Source: an uncultured Chitinophagaceae bacterium (lineage in GTDB: Bacteria; Bacteroidota; Ignavibacteria; UBA10030; UBA8401). Taken from it: 64,000 bases of DNA. The stretch spans positions 6,840 through 70,839 of the forward strand of contig CAYLMV010000003.1 in the NCBI GenBank assembly GCA_964384415.1, given 5' to 3'. Shown one piece after another: positions 36,710-46,147 of this stretch. The translations under genes were made by a program, and so were the position numbers. The notes under the pieces are model-generated. The model was not told where the DNA came from and ran no database searches. It saw nothing but the letters and a program-made list of their open reading frames with translations. How positions within the stretch are numbered: the stretch's first letter is position 1; each line of letters starts with the position of its first letter.

Positions 36710-37933
36710 TCAGAACTTCGTCCATGAGAGAGTCCGAATAGTTACGCTCTCCCCTTTTTCAATCCGCTCTTTATTTTCTGAAAGTATAATGAGGCAGTTT
36801 GCTGCGGCGAGCCCCCCAACCATGTGCGAGCCCTGGCCGCTCACCGGCTTGACGCTGAAATGACCATCCGGCAATCGCGTTGCGACGGCCCGGACAAACT
36901 CTACTCTTCCGGGACTCCTCCGGAATTCCGATTCCATCAGCGCAAGATAATTCAATACCGCGCCGCGCGGGAGTCCCATTATTTTTTGGAGAGCCGGCAT
37001 CACCAGCACTTCAAGAGATACAAGCGCCGAAACCGGGTTGCCAGGCAATCCAAAGACCAGTTTGTTCCCCCGAGTTCCAAAATAGTTGGGCTTGCCGGGC
37101 TTCATCGCCACTCTCCAGAAGACGGTTTCCACGCGCAAATCGTTCAGCACCTCTTTGACAAAATCAAAATCTCCTACGGAAACTCCCCCGGCAGAAATGA
37201 CAACGTCTGCTTTTTTGATTGCCCGGGCGAAAGCCTTTGAGAGATCTTCCTTCCTATCGCGGACGTGCATTACCAGCGCTGGGTCAATTCCGATTGAACG
37301 CAGGATTGAGGATATAGAGAACGAATTCGAATCCCGAATCTCCCCCCGGCGGAGGCGGCGCGACGGAGACCGGACTTCATTCCCCGTGATAACCAGCGCT
37401 ACTGAAGGCTTCCGATACACTTTCACATCTTCATACCCGAGGGTTGCCATTAATCCAATTACCGGCGGCGTTATGACCGTCCCTTTTGAAAGAACACTCT
37501 CGCCCTTATAAAACTCCTCGCCCCGCTTTCGGAGATTCGCCCCTTCCATGGCCGCCGATTTGAAGATGATCTCTTTGCCTCTCACCTTCACGAGTTCCTT
37601 CATGACCACCGCGTCTGTTCCTCTTGGAAGAGGGGCGCCCGTCATGATTTTCATCGTCTGCAGGGGCTTCAACGTGCGGGGAGCGCTGCTTCCGGCAGCG
37701 ATCGTCAATGCAACCGGGAGCCTGACCTGATTCTGTTCCGAGGCATTCCTGAGATCACGAACTCGAACCGCGTATCCGTCAACCGATGATGAGTCGAACA
37801 GCGGGATTGCTTCGCGCGCCTTGATCTCCTGAGCGAGAGCGTATCCGAGCGAATCGCCGATTGACAACTTCACAGGCATTGAGCGACGCGAGTGTTTTAA
37901 TATCTTTTCTAAGGCTTCTCCGAATTCCAACAC
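36710..37933 (-). CDS. moeA: Molybdopterin molybdotransferase
   Basis: 407 aa with the MoeA domain order and a GGVSVGDFD motif. Confidence 0.85.
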   Translation of the reverse strand: MLEFGEALEKILKHSRRSMPVKLSIGDSLGYALAQEIKAREAIPLFDSSSVDGYAVRVRDLRNASEQNQVRLPVALTIAAGSSAPRTLKPLQTMKIMTGAPLPRGTDAVVMKELVKVRGKEIIFKSAAMEGANLRKRGEEFYKGESVLSKGTVITPPVIGLMATLGYEDVKVYRKPSVALVITGNEVRSPSRRLRRGEIRDSNSFSISSILRSIGIDPALVMHVRDRKEDLSKAFARAIKKADVVISAGGVSVGDFDFVKEVLNDLRVETVFWRVAMKPGKPNYFGTRGNKLVFGLPGNPVSALVSLEVLVMPALQKIMGLPRGAVLNYLALMESEFRRSPGRVEFVRAVATRLPDGHFSVKPVSGQGSHMVGGLAAANCLIILSENKERIEKGESVTIRTLSWTKF

Positions 37934-38096
37934 GTGTTTTTGCCGTCAATATTGTATTTGGGAATTATGGATGATAGTACATTCCGGCGAAAAAGACAAG
38001 TCTGCCATTCTGAATCGAGCCCCTCATCCGCCACTTGATCACCTCTTGAACGCGGCCAATCGATGGTCGATCTCGCCAGGATGAGTGAATGGTGCT

Positions 38097-38534
38097 TCAA
38101 CAATTGACCCCTTTGCCGGAGGACTCTTCCACATGGTCATTTATTGCCAGCCAGAAACATCCCGCTGAGAAGATCATATCGCGAATAATGGCTGCGGCGC
38201 CAACCTTCTCCGGAAACCACGTTCCAAAACATCCGCAATTCGCATTCTGATTGCGCAGAGCAAGAATAAGCAAGGCAATGGTGAACGTGCATGTCATCAT
38301 GCCTAAAAAAAACGCCATGAGGCTCGTCCGGAATTTGACGATCAGTGAAAGGCCGAAGAAAACCTCAGCTCCAATAATCCCAATCGCGGCTGGCACGAGA
38401 AAAGGAGCCGGCACCATCTCGAATTTGTTGAGGTCGTCAAGAAACACATAGAACTCCAGGGCCTTGAGGCAACCAGCTGCCAGGTAAGCCGCCCCCAGAA
38501 ACAAACGCAATGTATCGGCAAAGAAGGATTTCAT
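38097..38534 (-). CDS. MauE/DoxX-family redox-associated membrane protein
   Basis: Four TM helices and a conserved NCGCFG motif. The start is set at MKSFFADTL, the internal Met of a longer ORF. Confidence 0.55.
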   Translation of the reverse strand: MKSFFADTLRLFLGAAYLAAGCLKALEFYVFLDDLNKFEMVPAPFLVPAAIGIIGAEVFFGLSLIVKFRTSLMAFFLGMMTCTFTIALLILALRNQNANCGCFGTWFPEKVGAAAIIRDMIFSAGCFWLAINDHVEESSGKGVNC

Positions 38535-38590
38535 AGATCGAGCTGAATTCTCCTCCCAATTCCTTAACAAGTTGATTTGCTCCTGGAGGC

Positions 38591-39298
38591 TTAACCATAA
38601 AGAGAAAGCTTGAGGAACTGAGTGATTGACTCTTGAATAGCCGACACGAATATCCAATCAAAGAAAGCCACGAGTACCCTGGCGGAGAATCTGAGGGAAG
38701 AAAACGTGCCTGCCCCTATGGCCACCATGCCTATAAACCACGCCGCAAAGATATCTGCTTTTTCTAGAATCTGGAATACCGGCAAGTGAGCCAATGCAAG
38801 CAGATTATTTAAGTTCAGAAAAGTCACAACCGAAAAATTTGTCCCTCTTACCATGCAGACAATGCAACCGAGGACCACCGCCGAGACACCCTCCAACAAG
38901 ACAATGAAGTAAGAATAGACAACCACGGAGAGACATTGTCTATAGAGAAGCTCCGAGCGGCTTCCCGAAAGGACGGCGACATAATAAAGAAAAAGTGCAC
39001 CAGCGCCGAATCTTACACTCAACAGGGCTGCCACGAGTACAATGCTCCCCATCGTAATTTCCGCGGTAAGAGTTGAATGCTTCATCCAGAGGCAGAATAG
39101 GACAACGGTTGCCTGGGCCATCGAAACGCACGTCGCTGCCCGGAGAAAAACAGGCTGCCTCAATCGCCGTTCGAAGAACTTTCGAGGCCGAAGAATTAGC
39201 TCACAGACCTCCTGCAAAATCATCGGGGTCCCTCCACAATCCAGGAAAATCAGAGGTACAATAAGAATGTGAATCTCCATTGATCCAAGAGAATGCAC
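38591..39298 (-). CDS. Hypothetical polytopic membrane protein
   Basis: 235-aa ORF with ~6 hydrophobic helices, co-oriented within the peptide locus. The start is uncertain. Confidence 0.4.
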   Translation of the reverse strand: MHSLGSMEIHILIVPLIFLDCGGTPMILQEVCELILRPRKFFERRLRQPVFLRAATCVSMAQATVVLFCLWMKHSTLTAEITMGSIVLVAALLSVRFGAGALFLYYVAVLSGSRSELLYRQCLSVVVYSYFIVLLEGVSAVVLGCIVCMVRGTNFSVVTFLNLNNLLALAHLPVFQILEKADIFAAWFIGMVAIGAGTFSSLRFSARVLVAFFDWIFVSAIQESITQFLKLSLYG

Positions 39299-39343
39299 AG
39301 CCTCCCAACTTCCTTGATGCTCACCAAATGCATCGCCCTCAGT

Positions 39344-39877
39344 TCACTCCTCGGCGCTCTTTGGCATGAAGGTGAAGCTTAGCATGGAGATGGAACTCAT
39401 CTCCAACATCTGAACTGAGGTAGTCTTAAATGACCATATGCTCGTTCTTCCCATAAAAGGAATCGACTTCTCTTTCTCTGCTTTCCCGAGCCGGTCTGAG
39501 TACTTTTGGCGAAATCGTTCGATCTTATCATCGTCTTTCTGAAGTTGTTTGGTCACTGTGTCAATCGACATAGTGGTAACGATAACTGACTTGAGCAAAC
39601 TGTCCGCCTTGGCAAATTGAAGAGCAACAAGTACTCTTTGAGCATACATTGTATCGAGATAGTACTCGGTGAAATTGCCGCCTCCTCCAGATGGAAACGC
39701 ATGACCATCTGCATTCATCTGCTTAAGCTCTTTTGTGTGGAGTTTGGCACTTACGTCAACAAACTTCATTCCCCAGGATAGTTGCTCAAATGAAAAGAGC
39801 GGATCCTTTAACAATTGTGCGCTCGCCGGACTAAGAATAAGGAACAAGATCGACAAGATCTTCGCGAAAGGCTTCAT
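39344..39877 (-). CDS. Hypothetical secreted protein
   Basis: 177 aa from MKPFAKILSILFLILSPASAQ (a signal peptide). No catalytic motif. Confidence 0.45.
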   Translation of the reverse strand: MKPFAKILSILFLILSPASAQLLKDPLFSFEQLSWGMKFVDVSAKLHTKELKQMNADGHAFPSGGGGNFTEYYLDTMYAQRVLVALQFAKADSLLKSVIVTTMSIDTVTKQLQKDDDKIERFRQKYSDRLGKAEKEKSIPFMGRTSIWSFKTTSVQMLEMSSISMLSFTFMPKSAEE

Positions 39878-39988
39878 CGGGGTGTTCTCCGTTTGATGAA
39901 AGATTCTGTTTTCTTTTCTCACGCGCACTTTCTAAAACAGGAACATCGACCAGATTTTTCCAGGGGAGTGTATTATTATCCACTAAAC

Positions 39989-40021
39989 ATCCTCTGGGTC
40001 AGTTGACCCAACCCAGAGGAT
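39989..40021 (-). terminator. Strong hairpin (11-bp perfect stem) immediately downstream of the precursor-peptide gene; candidate attenuator/terminator
   Basis: ATCCTCTGGGT-cagttgaccca-ACCCAGAGGAT read directly. It lies ~20 nt after the peptide stop, with no clear U-run. Confidence 0.5.
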
Positions 40022-40041
40022 ATTTGGCAAGTATTCCAGAA

Positions 40042-40302
40042 CTAAAGGATCTGGCCGATGACGCATCCGACATAGATAATTGCATAGGTGACTGAACAGA
40101 CTGTCGTCCCCGCTCCGGTCAACAGACAAAAGAATTGTGCCAAGGATGCAGCCGCTCCGCAATCGACAGCTACCCTCCCGCCCGTGATCAGCCGCATCTC
40201 ATTTTGCGTGAGAGGCGATGAAGCGGTCGAGACGGGAAGGAGCGGTAGGATGAGAGTGATCAGGAGCATGCACACCAGCAGCTGTTTCAGGATCTTTTTC
40301 AT
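40042..40302 (-). CDS. Candidate RiPP/bacteriocin-like precursor peptide with double-glycine leader and 4-Cys hydrophobic core
   Basis: MKKILKQLLVCMLLITLILPLLPVSTASSPLTQNEMRLITGG|RVAVDCGAAASLAQFFCLLTGAGTTVCSVTYAIIYVGCVIGQIL. LTQNEMRLITGG fits the LSxxELxxIxGG leader consensus. A C39 peptidase gene lies directly upstream. Confidence 0.6.
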   Translation of the reverse strand: MKKILKQLLVCMLLITLILPLLPVSTASSPLTQNEMRLITGGRVAVDCGAAASLAQFFCLLTGAGTTVCSVTYAIIYVGCVIGQIL

Positions 40303-40450
40303 ATTGCCCCCATTAATTGAATGTGTGATGGTTGATTTTTTCCTGCTCACCGCGGGCTGTTTGCTGCGATCGGGATCGGGAGAGGTGCCTCGACGCCCGA
40401 GTCGAAGAACCATTCCTTCACCCAAACCCATCAAACCGGCGAGCAAGTTG

Positions 40451-40957
40451 TTATTTCTTGCAGAAAACCAGCGCCTCGCCATGCCAAATCCTGGCGAGAC
40501 TCTTTTCCGATAGCTTCAGCCGCCCAATCGCCGGATCGCGCAGGTAGACTTCCCCTTCGTGAACGCTGTCCGCAACGGCAAAATGATCGTTGTGAACGAA
40601 GAGGATCGCCGGGAATTGGTTTCTTCTGAATTCTTCCATAGTCAGCTTCAAGCCCTTCGCACTCAACCCGTTCCGTTCCGCATGATGAAGCAACTCCAGC
40701 ATCGTCGTGCCGTTCCCCGTCATCTCGATCGAACGTTCGATCTCCCTCTGGCCAGCTTCAATTCCGAAGGCATCATACACCATCGCCAGGGAAGCCGGCC
40801 CGCAGTTGTTTTCTCTGGATTGGAATCGAACGCCGTCACTTCCCAGATATTCTCCCCCATATTCCCAGGCCAGATATCTATGAAGACAAGAAGGGTAAAC
40901 TAGAAACACGATGATAAGAGAGAGAAGACCGATGCCCCATGACAATTTCATTTCCAT
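40451..40957 (-). CDS. Standalone peptidase C39 (bacteriocin-processing) domain protein with N-terminal TM anchor
   Basis: 168 aa. The Q...NNCGPASLAMV motif supplies the catalytic Cys, and the NDHFAVAD His and DP Asp motifs are present. No fused ABC transporter domain. Confidence 0.7.
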   Translation of the reverse strand: MEMKLSWGIGLLSLIIVFLVYPSCLHRYLAWEYGGEYLGSDGVRFQSRENNCGPASLAMVYDAFGIEAGQREIERSIEMTGNGTTMLELLHHAERNGLSAKGLKLTMEEFRRNQFPAILFVHNDHFAVADSVHEGEVYLRDPAIGRLKLSEKSLARIWHGEALVFCKK

Positions 40958-40998
40958 TCCCCCTTAACTATCTAGAGGCCACCCAAGGCTAAAGTGCT

Positions 40999-41529
40999 CT
41001 ATTGAGTGCCTGCAAACCCTGCGATCAGCAGCGAGTCCTTCTGGAAGGTGTTCTCCCCGGTGGATCGTTGGCGAAGCACACCATCTTCGTCTATACAATA
41101 GAGCGACGGGACTGCCGCGACCTTGAAGCTCTTCGCTAATTCGATACTGTTTCCTGCAAGAACTGGAAAAGATGGGGTGATACTTCCTTTCCTTCCGGTT
41201 GAGTCCGCAGAGCCGTCTATACAAACGCCGACGACGTCGAGCGTATTCGAAAAGATTTTATAAACGGAGTCGCAATTGACGATCTCAGTCCGGCAGTGAG
41301 AACAGGCCGGACTGTAAAAAAGGATGAGAAGTTTCCTGGTGCGGGGGGAATCGAAGGCGAACCTCCTTCCATCAGCGAAGGCCGCCGCAAACGGAGGCAT
41401 CCTCTCACCGATCGCGGGCGCACCGGCGTTCCGATGATATTCGATATAGAACGACGATGCGATCGGAAATGCGCAAAGAATTGCTAGCGAGATCGCTGCA
41501 AGCGATCTATGTTTGGACCGAGAGATCAT
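40999..41529 (-). CDS. TlpA-like thiol:disulfide oxidoreductase (thioredoxin fold, CxxC)
   Basis: N-terminal anchor, an ILFYSPACSHC motif and a redoxin-like domain of ~150 aa. Confidence 0.7.
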   Translation of the reverse strand: MISRSKHRSLAAISLAILCAFPIASSFYIEYHRNAGAPAIGERMPPFAAAFADGRRFAFDSPRTRKLLILFYSPACSHCRTEIVNCDSVYKIFSNTLDVVGVCIDGSADSTGRKGSITPSFPVLAGNSIELAKSFKVAAVPSLYCIDEDGVLRQRSTGENTFQKDSLLIAGFAGTQ

Positions 41530-41545
41530 TGGGCTCAGTTATGAT

Positions 41546-41567
41546 AGTCAAACGCGTCACGTTGACT
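41546..41567. promoter_or_regulatory. Inverted repeat AGTCAA-N10-TTGACT in the promoter region of the tlpA-C39-peptide operon
   Basis: Read directly, ~20 bp upstream of the TlpA-like start codon. Confidence 0.3.
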
Positions 41568-41701
41568 CCCCTTATCACACTGGCATGTTCAGATTGGATA
41601 GTTTCTACACTCAAAGATAGCGGAAGAGCACGGAGTTGTCAAGAAGATTCTAAAAAAATGTGAATTGCGGAGAAGCACTAAAAAATTTCCGGAACTTTTG
41701 A

Positions 41702-42610
41702 TCAGTGTCCTTCGCCCTTCAACATCTTGAACGCGTGAAGCAGCGTCGGGAAGAGCGCGTCGAGTCCGTCGGTCACCGCGCCTTTCGATCCGGGAAAACT
41801 TACGATAATTGTTTTTCCACGGATTCCGGAGATGCTTCGGGAGAGCATCGCAAGAGGAGTTCGCGCTTGCCCGTACGAACGCACCGCTTCTGTTACTCCC
41901 GGAATTTCCCGCTCGACAATTATCCTAATCGCCTCGGGGGTATGGTCGCGGGGCCCGAAGCCGGTCCCCCCGGTGGTGAGAATAAGATCAAGGTGGAGAG
42001 AGTCCGCAAAATGAATCAGCCTCTCTTCGATTTGTTTCACGTCGTCGGGGATAACTTCGTACGCTGCCACTTCAATTTTGTAATCTTGTAATCTTGCAAC
42101 GATCATCTTCCCCGACACGTCTTCCTTTTTTCCGCCCGCAACAGAATCCGACAGCACAAGGACTGCGGCGCGAAGGTGTTGTCCGTCCAGCTGTGCGAAA
42201 TCGGACTTGCCCCCTTTCTTGCTGAGGAGTTTTACTCCGAGGATTTCCATCTCATCGTCAAGCATTTTCATCATGTCGTACAACGTCAATGCGGCGACCG
42301 ACGCCCCCGTGAGCGCCTCCATCTCCACGCCCGTTTTGTAGATTGCCTTCACCTCAACCTTAGTCGTAATCTCATCTTTCCCGATTTGAAAATCTACTCC
42401 GACAAAGTCGACCGGCAGCGGATGGCAATACGGAATAATCTGGCTCGTGTTCTTCGCCGCTTGTATCGCGGCGACCTTCGCCACCGGGAGAGGATCCCCT
42501 TTGGGGATCTTGTTCTCGCGGATGAGTGCGATCGTTGCCGGAGAGACGCGTAAAATAGATTGAGCGACTGCAGTGCGAAGCGTTGTTATTTTTCGTGAGA
42601 TGTCACGCAT
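41702..42610 (-). CDS. moaC: Bifunctional molybdenum cofactor biosynthesis protein MoaC/MoaB(MogA)
   Basis: 302 aa with an N-terminal MoaC domain and a C-terminal MogA/MoaB domain (GGTGF). Confidence 0.8.
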   Translation of the reverse strand: MRDISRKITTLRTAVAQSILRVSPATIALIRENKIPKGDPLPVAKVAAIQAAKNTSQIIPYCHPLPVDFVGVDFQIGKDEITTKVEVKAIYKTGVEMEALTGASVAALTLYDMMKMLDDEMEILGVKLLSKKGGKSDFAQLDGQHLRAAVLVLSDSVAGGKKEDVSGKMIVARLQDYKIEVAAYEVIPDDVKQIEERLIHFADSLHLDLILTTGGTGFGPRDHTPEAIRIIVEREIPGVTEAVRSYGQARTPLAMLSRSISGIRGKTIIVSFPGSKGAVTDGLDALFPTLLHAFKMLKGEGH

Positions 42611-42634
42611 GTTTGCCTGCGATGGTCTGTTACG

Positions 42635-43927
42635 CTAAAAGACAAAATTCTTGATCTCCAGAGATTCCGGGTTCCCGATAATCACAAACTGAAGATTCTT
42701 TATGTATTTCTTGCATGCACTCTGGACATCCGCGGGAGTTACTTTTTTCACATCGGCAATGAACTTGCCCGCTTCCTGGTATCCGGCACCGGAGAGCTCG
42801 TAGCGTGCAAGGACAGCTGCCTGCGAGCGATTAGTTTCATTACGGAGGTAGTAGCTGGTAATAAACGTGTTCACAGTGTTGCGGAGCTCCTGTAGCGAGA
42901 CTTCCTGTTCCATCATCTTCCGCAGTTCTCCCGTCATCACTTTCATTGTTGTATCCGGACTGACGGCCGTGACGTAGATGTACCCGTAGTTGGAAAAATT
43001 CCCGCCGATACCTCCCCCGGGAGCGTATGACAGGCTTCGTTTCGTCCTGACCTCCTCGAACAACCTGTATCGCAGCACGGCGCCCGCAACAGCCATTGCA
43101 TAGTATTCATTCGAATTGAGCGAAGGAGAAGGAAAATAGCCTTGTATGTAATTCGTCGGCAGCTCGCGGTGAACGATTTTTACGGAAGGTTCACTGTGTT
43201 GCACCGCCGGGAGAACCTCTGCGGAATATACACCTGGGGCGAGCGAGCCGAACGAGCCAGTCACCAATGTTTCGACTTCCTCTCGAGTGACATTGCCCAC
43301 GACAATCAGAAGAAGCTGGGCCGATGTCGTCCGTTTTGCAAGGTATCCCTTCAACTGTTCCGGGGTGAACGAGGCAACTGTCTGCTCCTCTCCGTTGACG
43401 TTTGTTTCATAGGGATGGTTCGTGTAGAATGCCCTTCTTCCGAGGTCGCTGAGGTATGCATCCGGGTTGTCCCTCATTTGTCTTATCTGAGATAGCATTT
43501 GCTGCCGTTCAAGTTCGACATCCTCTTTCCCCATCGCCGGATGGAGAATGACGTCAGCGAACACGTCCCACGACCTGTCAAAGTGTTGTTTGACACACTG
43601 CAGGTCGACCGTCGAAAAATCCAGGGAGACGGAAGTCGTGATCGTAGTGTTCATCTGTTCCAGGGTGGCATTTAGCTTGTCCTTCGGGTAGCGTTCGCTC
43701 GCTTTAACGGCAACGGCGAGAGCAAGTTTTTCAATGCCGGCCTCATCGCTCGTCAGGACCGCTGCGCCGCCCCGGTAGCACATGCTTGCGGCGACAATTT
43801 CAGTCGACGTGTTCTGCTGGACGATGACTTTGAGGCCGTTCACAACGAACGATTGAGGATCGGATGCCGTCAGGATGGCCGGCAGGCCGATGACAAAGGC
43901 AAAGAGAATACATATTCTGAATTTCAT
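42635..43927 (-). CDS. M16-family peptidase, non-catalytic subunit (lacks HxxEH)
   Basis: 430 aa with a signal peptide and the M16 fold but no zinc-binding inverzincin motif. Confidence 0.65.
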   Translation of the reverse strand: MKFRICILFAFVIGLPAILTASDPQSFVVNGLKVIVQQNTSTEIVAASMCYRGGAAVLTSDEAGIEKLALAVAVKASERYPKDKLNATLEQMNTTITTSVSLDFSTVDLQCVKQHFDRSWDVFADVILHPAMGKEDVELERQQMLSQIRQMRDNPDAYLSDLGRRAFYTNHPYETNVNGEEQTVASFTPEQLKGYLAKRTTSAQLLLIVVGNVTREEVETLVTGSFGSLAPGVYSAEVLPAVQHSEPSVKIVHRELPTNYIQGYFPSPSLNSNEYYAMAVAGAVLRYRLFEEVRTKRSLSYAPGGGIGGNFSNYGYIYVTAVSPDTTMKVMTGELRKMMEQEVSLQELRNTVNTFITSYYLRNETNRSQAAVLARYELSGAGYQEAGKFIADVKKVTPADVQSACKKYIKNLQFVIIGNPESLEIKNFVF

Positions 43928-43957
43928 GACAAGTCTCCTTCTCTGGATTTTCGCTGA

Positions 43958-45294
43958 TTACAAACCTAGCTGCGTGCGCATCGCGGGAGATGCAAGAATC
44001 CCCATCACATACGGTTTGTCGGTGATGTAGGTTGTGAGATACCGCTTGATGTCGTCCCGCGACACTTTCTTGAGATTGTCAACATAGGTGAGGTAATAGT
44101 CCAGCCCTGCCACCGCCCACCAATAGCCGACGGTATGGGCATACTCCGACGCTTGTTCGCGTCCGTACTGTTCGCCGATGGCGAGAATCGTTTTGGCATT
44201 CTCGAGCTGGACGTCTGTGAAATACCCGGCTGACGTCATCTTGCCGAGTTCCTCGAAGATCGCTTTCCTGCACGCTTCATATTTTTCGGGCGACGTTTGC
44301 GCAAACAACGAGATCGGTCCGGTATGGTTGAGCGTATTGTATCCGAGGTTCACGCTGTATGCCAGGCCGCTTTCAACGAGAGCCTTATAAAAGACGGAGG
44401 TCTGCTGGCCGAGAATGAACGAGAACACATCTGCGGCATAGGTCGCTCGCGGGTCCCTGGATACACTCGGCCCCTGCCACTCAATCTCTATCGTCACGAC
44501 GTTGACCGGCTTTTCGACAACGACAGTCTCAGTGTTCCGAATAGGAGGATGTTCGGGAATGATCAGGGTCTTGAAAGGGTCGGGTCCTTTCTTCCACGAA
44601 CCAAAGTACTTCTGGGCAAGCTCAAATCCCTCATTCTCTGTGATGTCTCCCGCCAGGATCAGCGCGGAATTATTGGGGAGATAAAAACGATGTTGGATGG
44701 TATGCATTTTTTCCGGGGTCGCGGAGATAATCATCTTCCGGTCTCCGAGGACGAACTTGTAGCTGAAGTATTTCCACCAAACTTTCTCCTCCACTGCGCG
44801 ATAGAGATGAAAGGAGGGATTTGCCTCGTTGCGGTCGTACTCGCCGAGGACGACCGGCCTCTCCTTCACCAGTTCCTCCTCTTTAAAAAGCGGTCCGGTG
44901 ATCGCATCATACATAAACTGCATCCCCGGCTCAAGGCTGTCCCTTCCGAGGGTGATGAAGTAGTTTACCCGTTCCTGACTCGTTGTGCCGTTCCAGGTGG
45001 CGCCGAGTTCACGAAGCCTTTCCAGGTAACGTTCCTGATTCGGGATAGCCGCGTTGGCCTTGAAGAACATATGCTCGTAGAGATGCGACAGACCGTTGTA
45101 TTCCGGCGATTCCGTGTAGGATCCGTTCTTCACGTCAAGCTCGATGGTCACGAGGGGAACCGCAGGATTTTGGACGACGATCACATCCAGTCCGTTTTTC
45201 AGCGTTCTTTCGTAAATCTCATATTTTTGCGAAAAGGCCTGAAGGGAGAAGAGGATGAACGCCGTCATCCCAAAGAGAATTCGTTTTCGCATGC
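43958..45294 (-). CDS. M16-family zinc peptidase (HLYEH motif)
   Basis: Signal peptide plus HxxEH. The start is set at MRKRILFG, 5 nt after a GGAGG RBS. Confidence 0.75.
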
Positions 45295-45636
45295 CGACCT
45301 CCACTGTTTGATGGTAAACTCGATGATGCTAATTGTCCCGATCCGAACGATCATTTCCAAATCCGTCGAACATCTCAGCGGCAACCACGAAGAGAATAGC
45401 GACAACTTTTTTGTACTGCGGGGGATGATTCAGAAAGATAGGGAACGACAGGGAGAGATACAACCAGAAGTCCCCGCCACCGTGTGTTTAGTTTGACAAC
45501 GCGGGTTCTCTGCACGACCGTCATGCCGACGTCGCAAGGTGATCCCTTCGGCAACTCAGGACGACGACGGTGGACAGCAGCGACGCAGTCAAACTGTCAC
45601 ACCGCCAACCAAGGCGGTTTCGGACTAATGCCCTTC

Positions 45637-46107
45637 CTACGAGGCTTGCGAAAATTCAAGCAGGGTCGGCCGGGCAACGAGCAAATAATCTTCCGTCGAC
45701 ATCACGATCGAATCGGTCAAGGAACCGGCGTTAAAGGCGATGATTTCATTGCGAACGATGGAGCTGTCAACGTAGAGGTCAATGTCGAGGATCGGTTTCC
45801 CGAACGGGGGCACGGAACCGGGGACGAGTCCGGTCACAGCTGATAATTCTTCGGCCGAAGCGAAACGGAGCTTCTTCGCGCCGAAATGATTCTTTATCTT
45901 CTGCGAATCGATCCGCAGCGCTGCACTGAGGACAAAGAGTTTGTAGTCCCCGTCGATCTTCATCACAATAGCTTTTCCCCCGACGGAAATATCCTCGCCC
46001 CGGGCCTTTGCCGACGCCTCGGAGGTCGTAGTCGCTTCATGCTGAACAGTGCGAAACGAGACACCGCCGGCGCGCAGAAACTGAATGATTTTTTCGAGGG
46101 AAGTCAT
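45637..46107 (-). CDS. ybaK: YbaK/ProX-type aminoacyl-tRNA deacylase
   Basis: YbaK-like domain (GGKAIVMK, VPPFG). Start at the internal Met MTSLEKII. Confidence 0.65.
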   Translation of the reverse strand: MTSLEKIIQFLRAGGVSFRTVQHEATTTSEASAKARGEDISVGGKAIVMKIDGDYKLFVLSAALRIDSQKIKNHFGAKKLRFASAEELSAVTGLVPGSVPPFGKPILDIDLYVDSSIVRNEIIAFNAGSLTDSIVMSTEDYLLVARPTLLEFSQAS

Positions 46108-46147
46108 GCGCAGATGAAGAGGCCCGTGAACACGAATACAGACCGCA

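Noticed and set aside
44297-45496. 399-aa plus-strand ORF
   Set aside because: Antisense to the HxxEH M16 peptidase, with no motifs and an arginine-rich composition.
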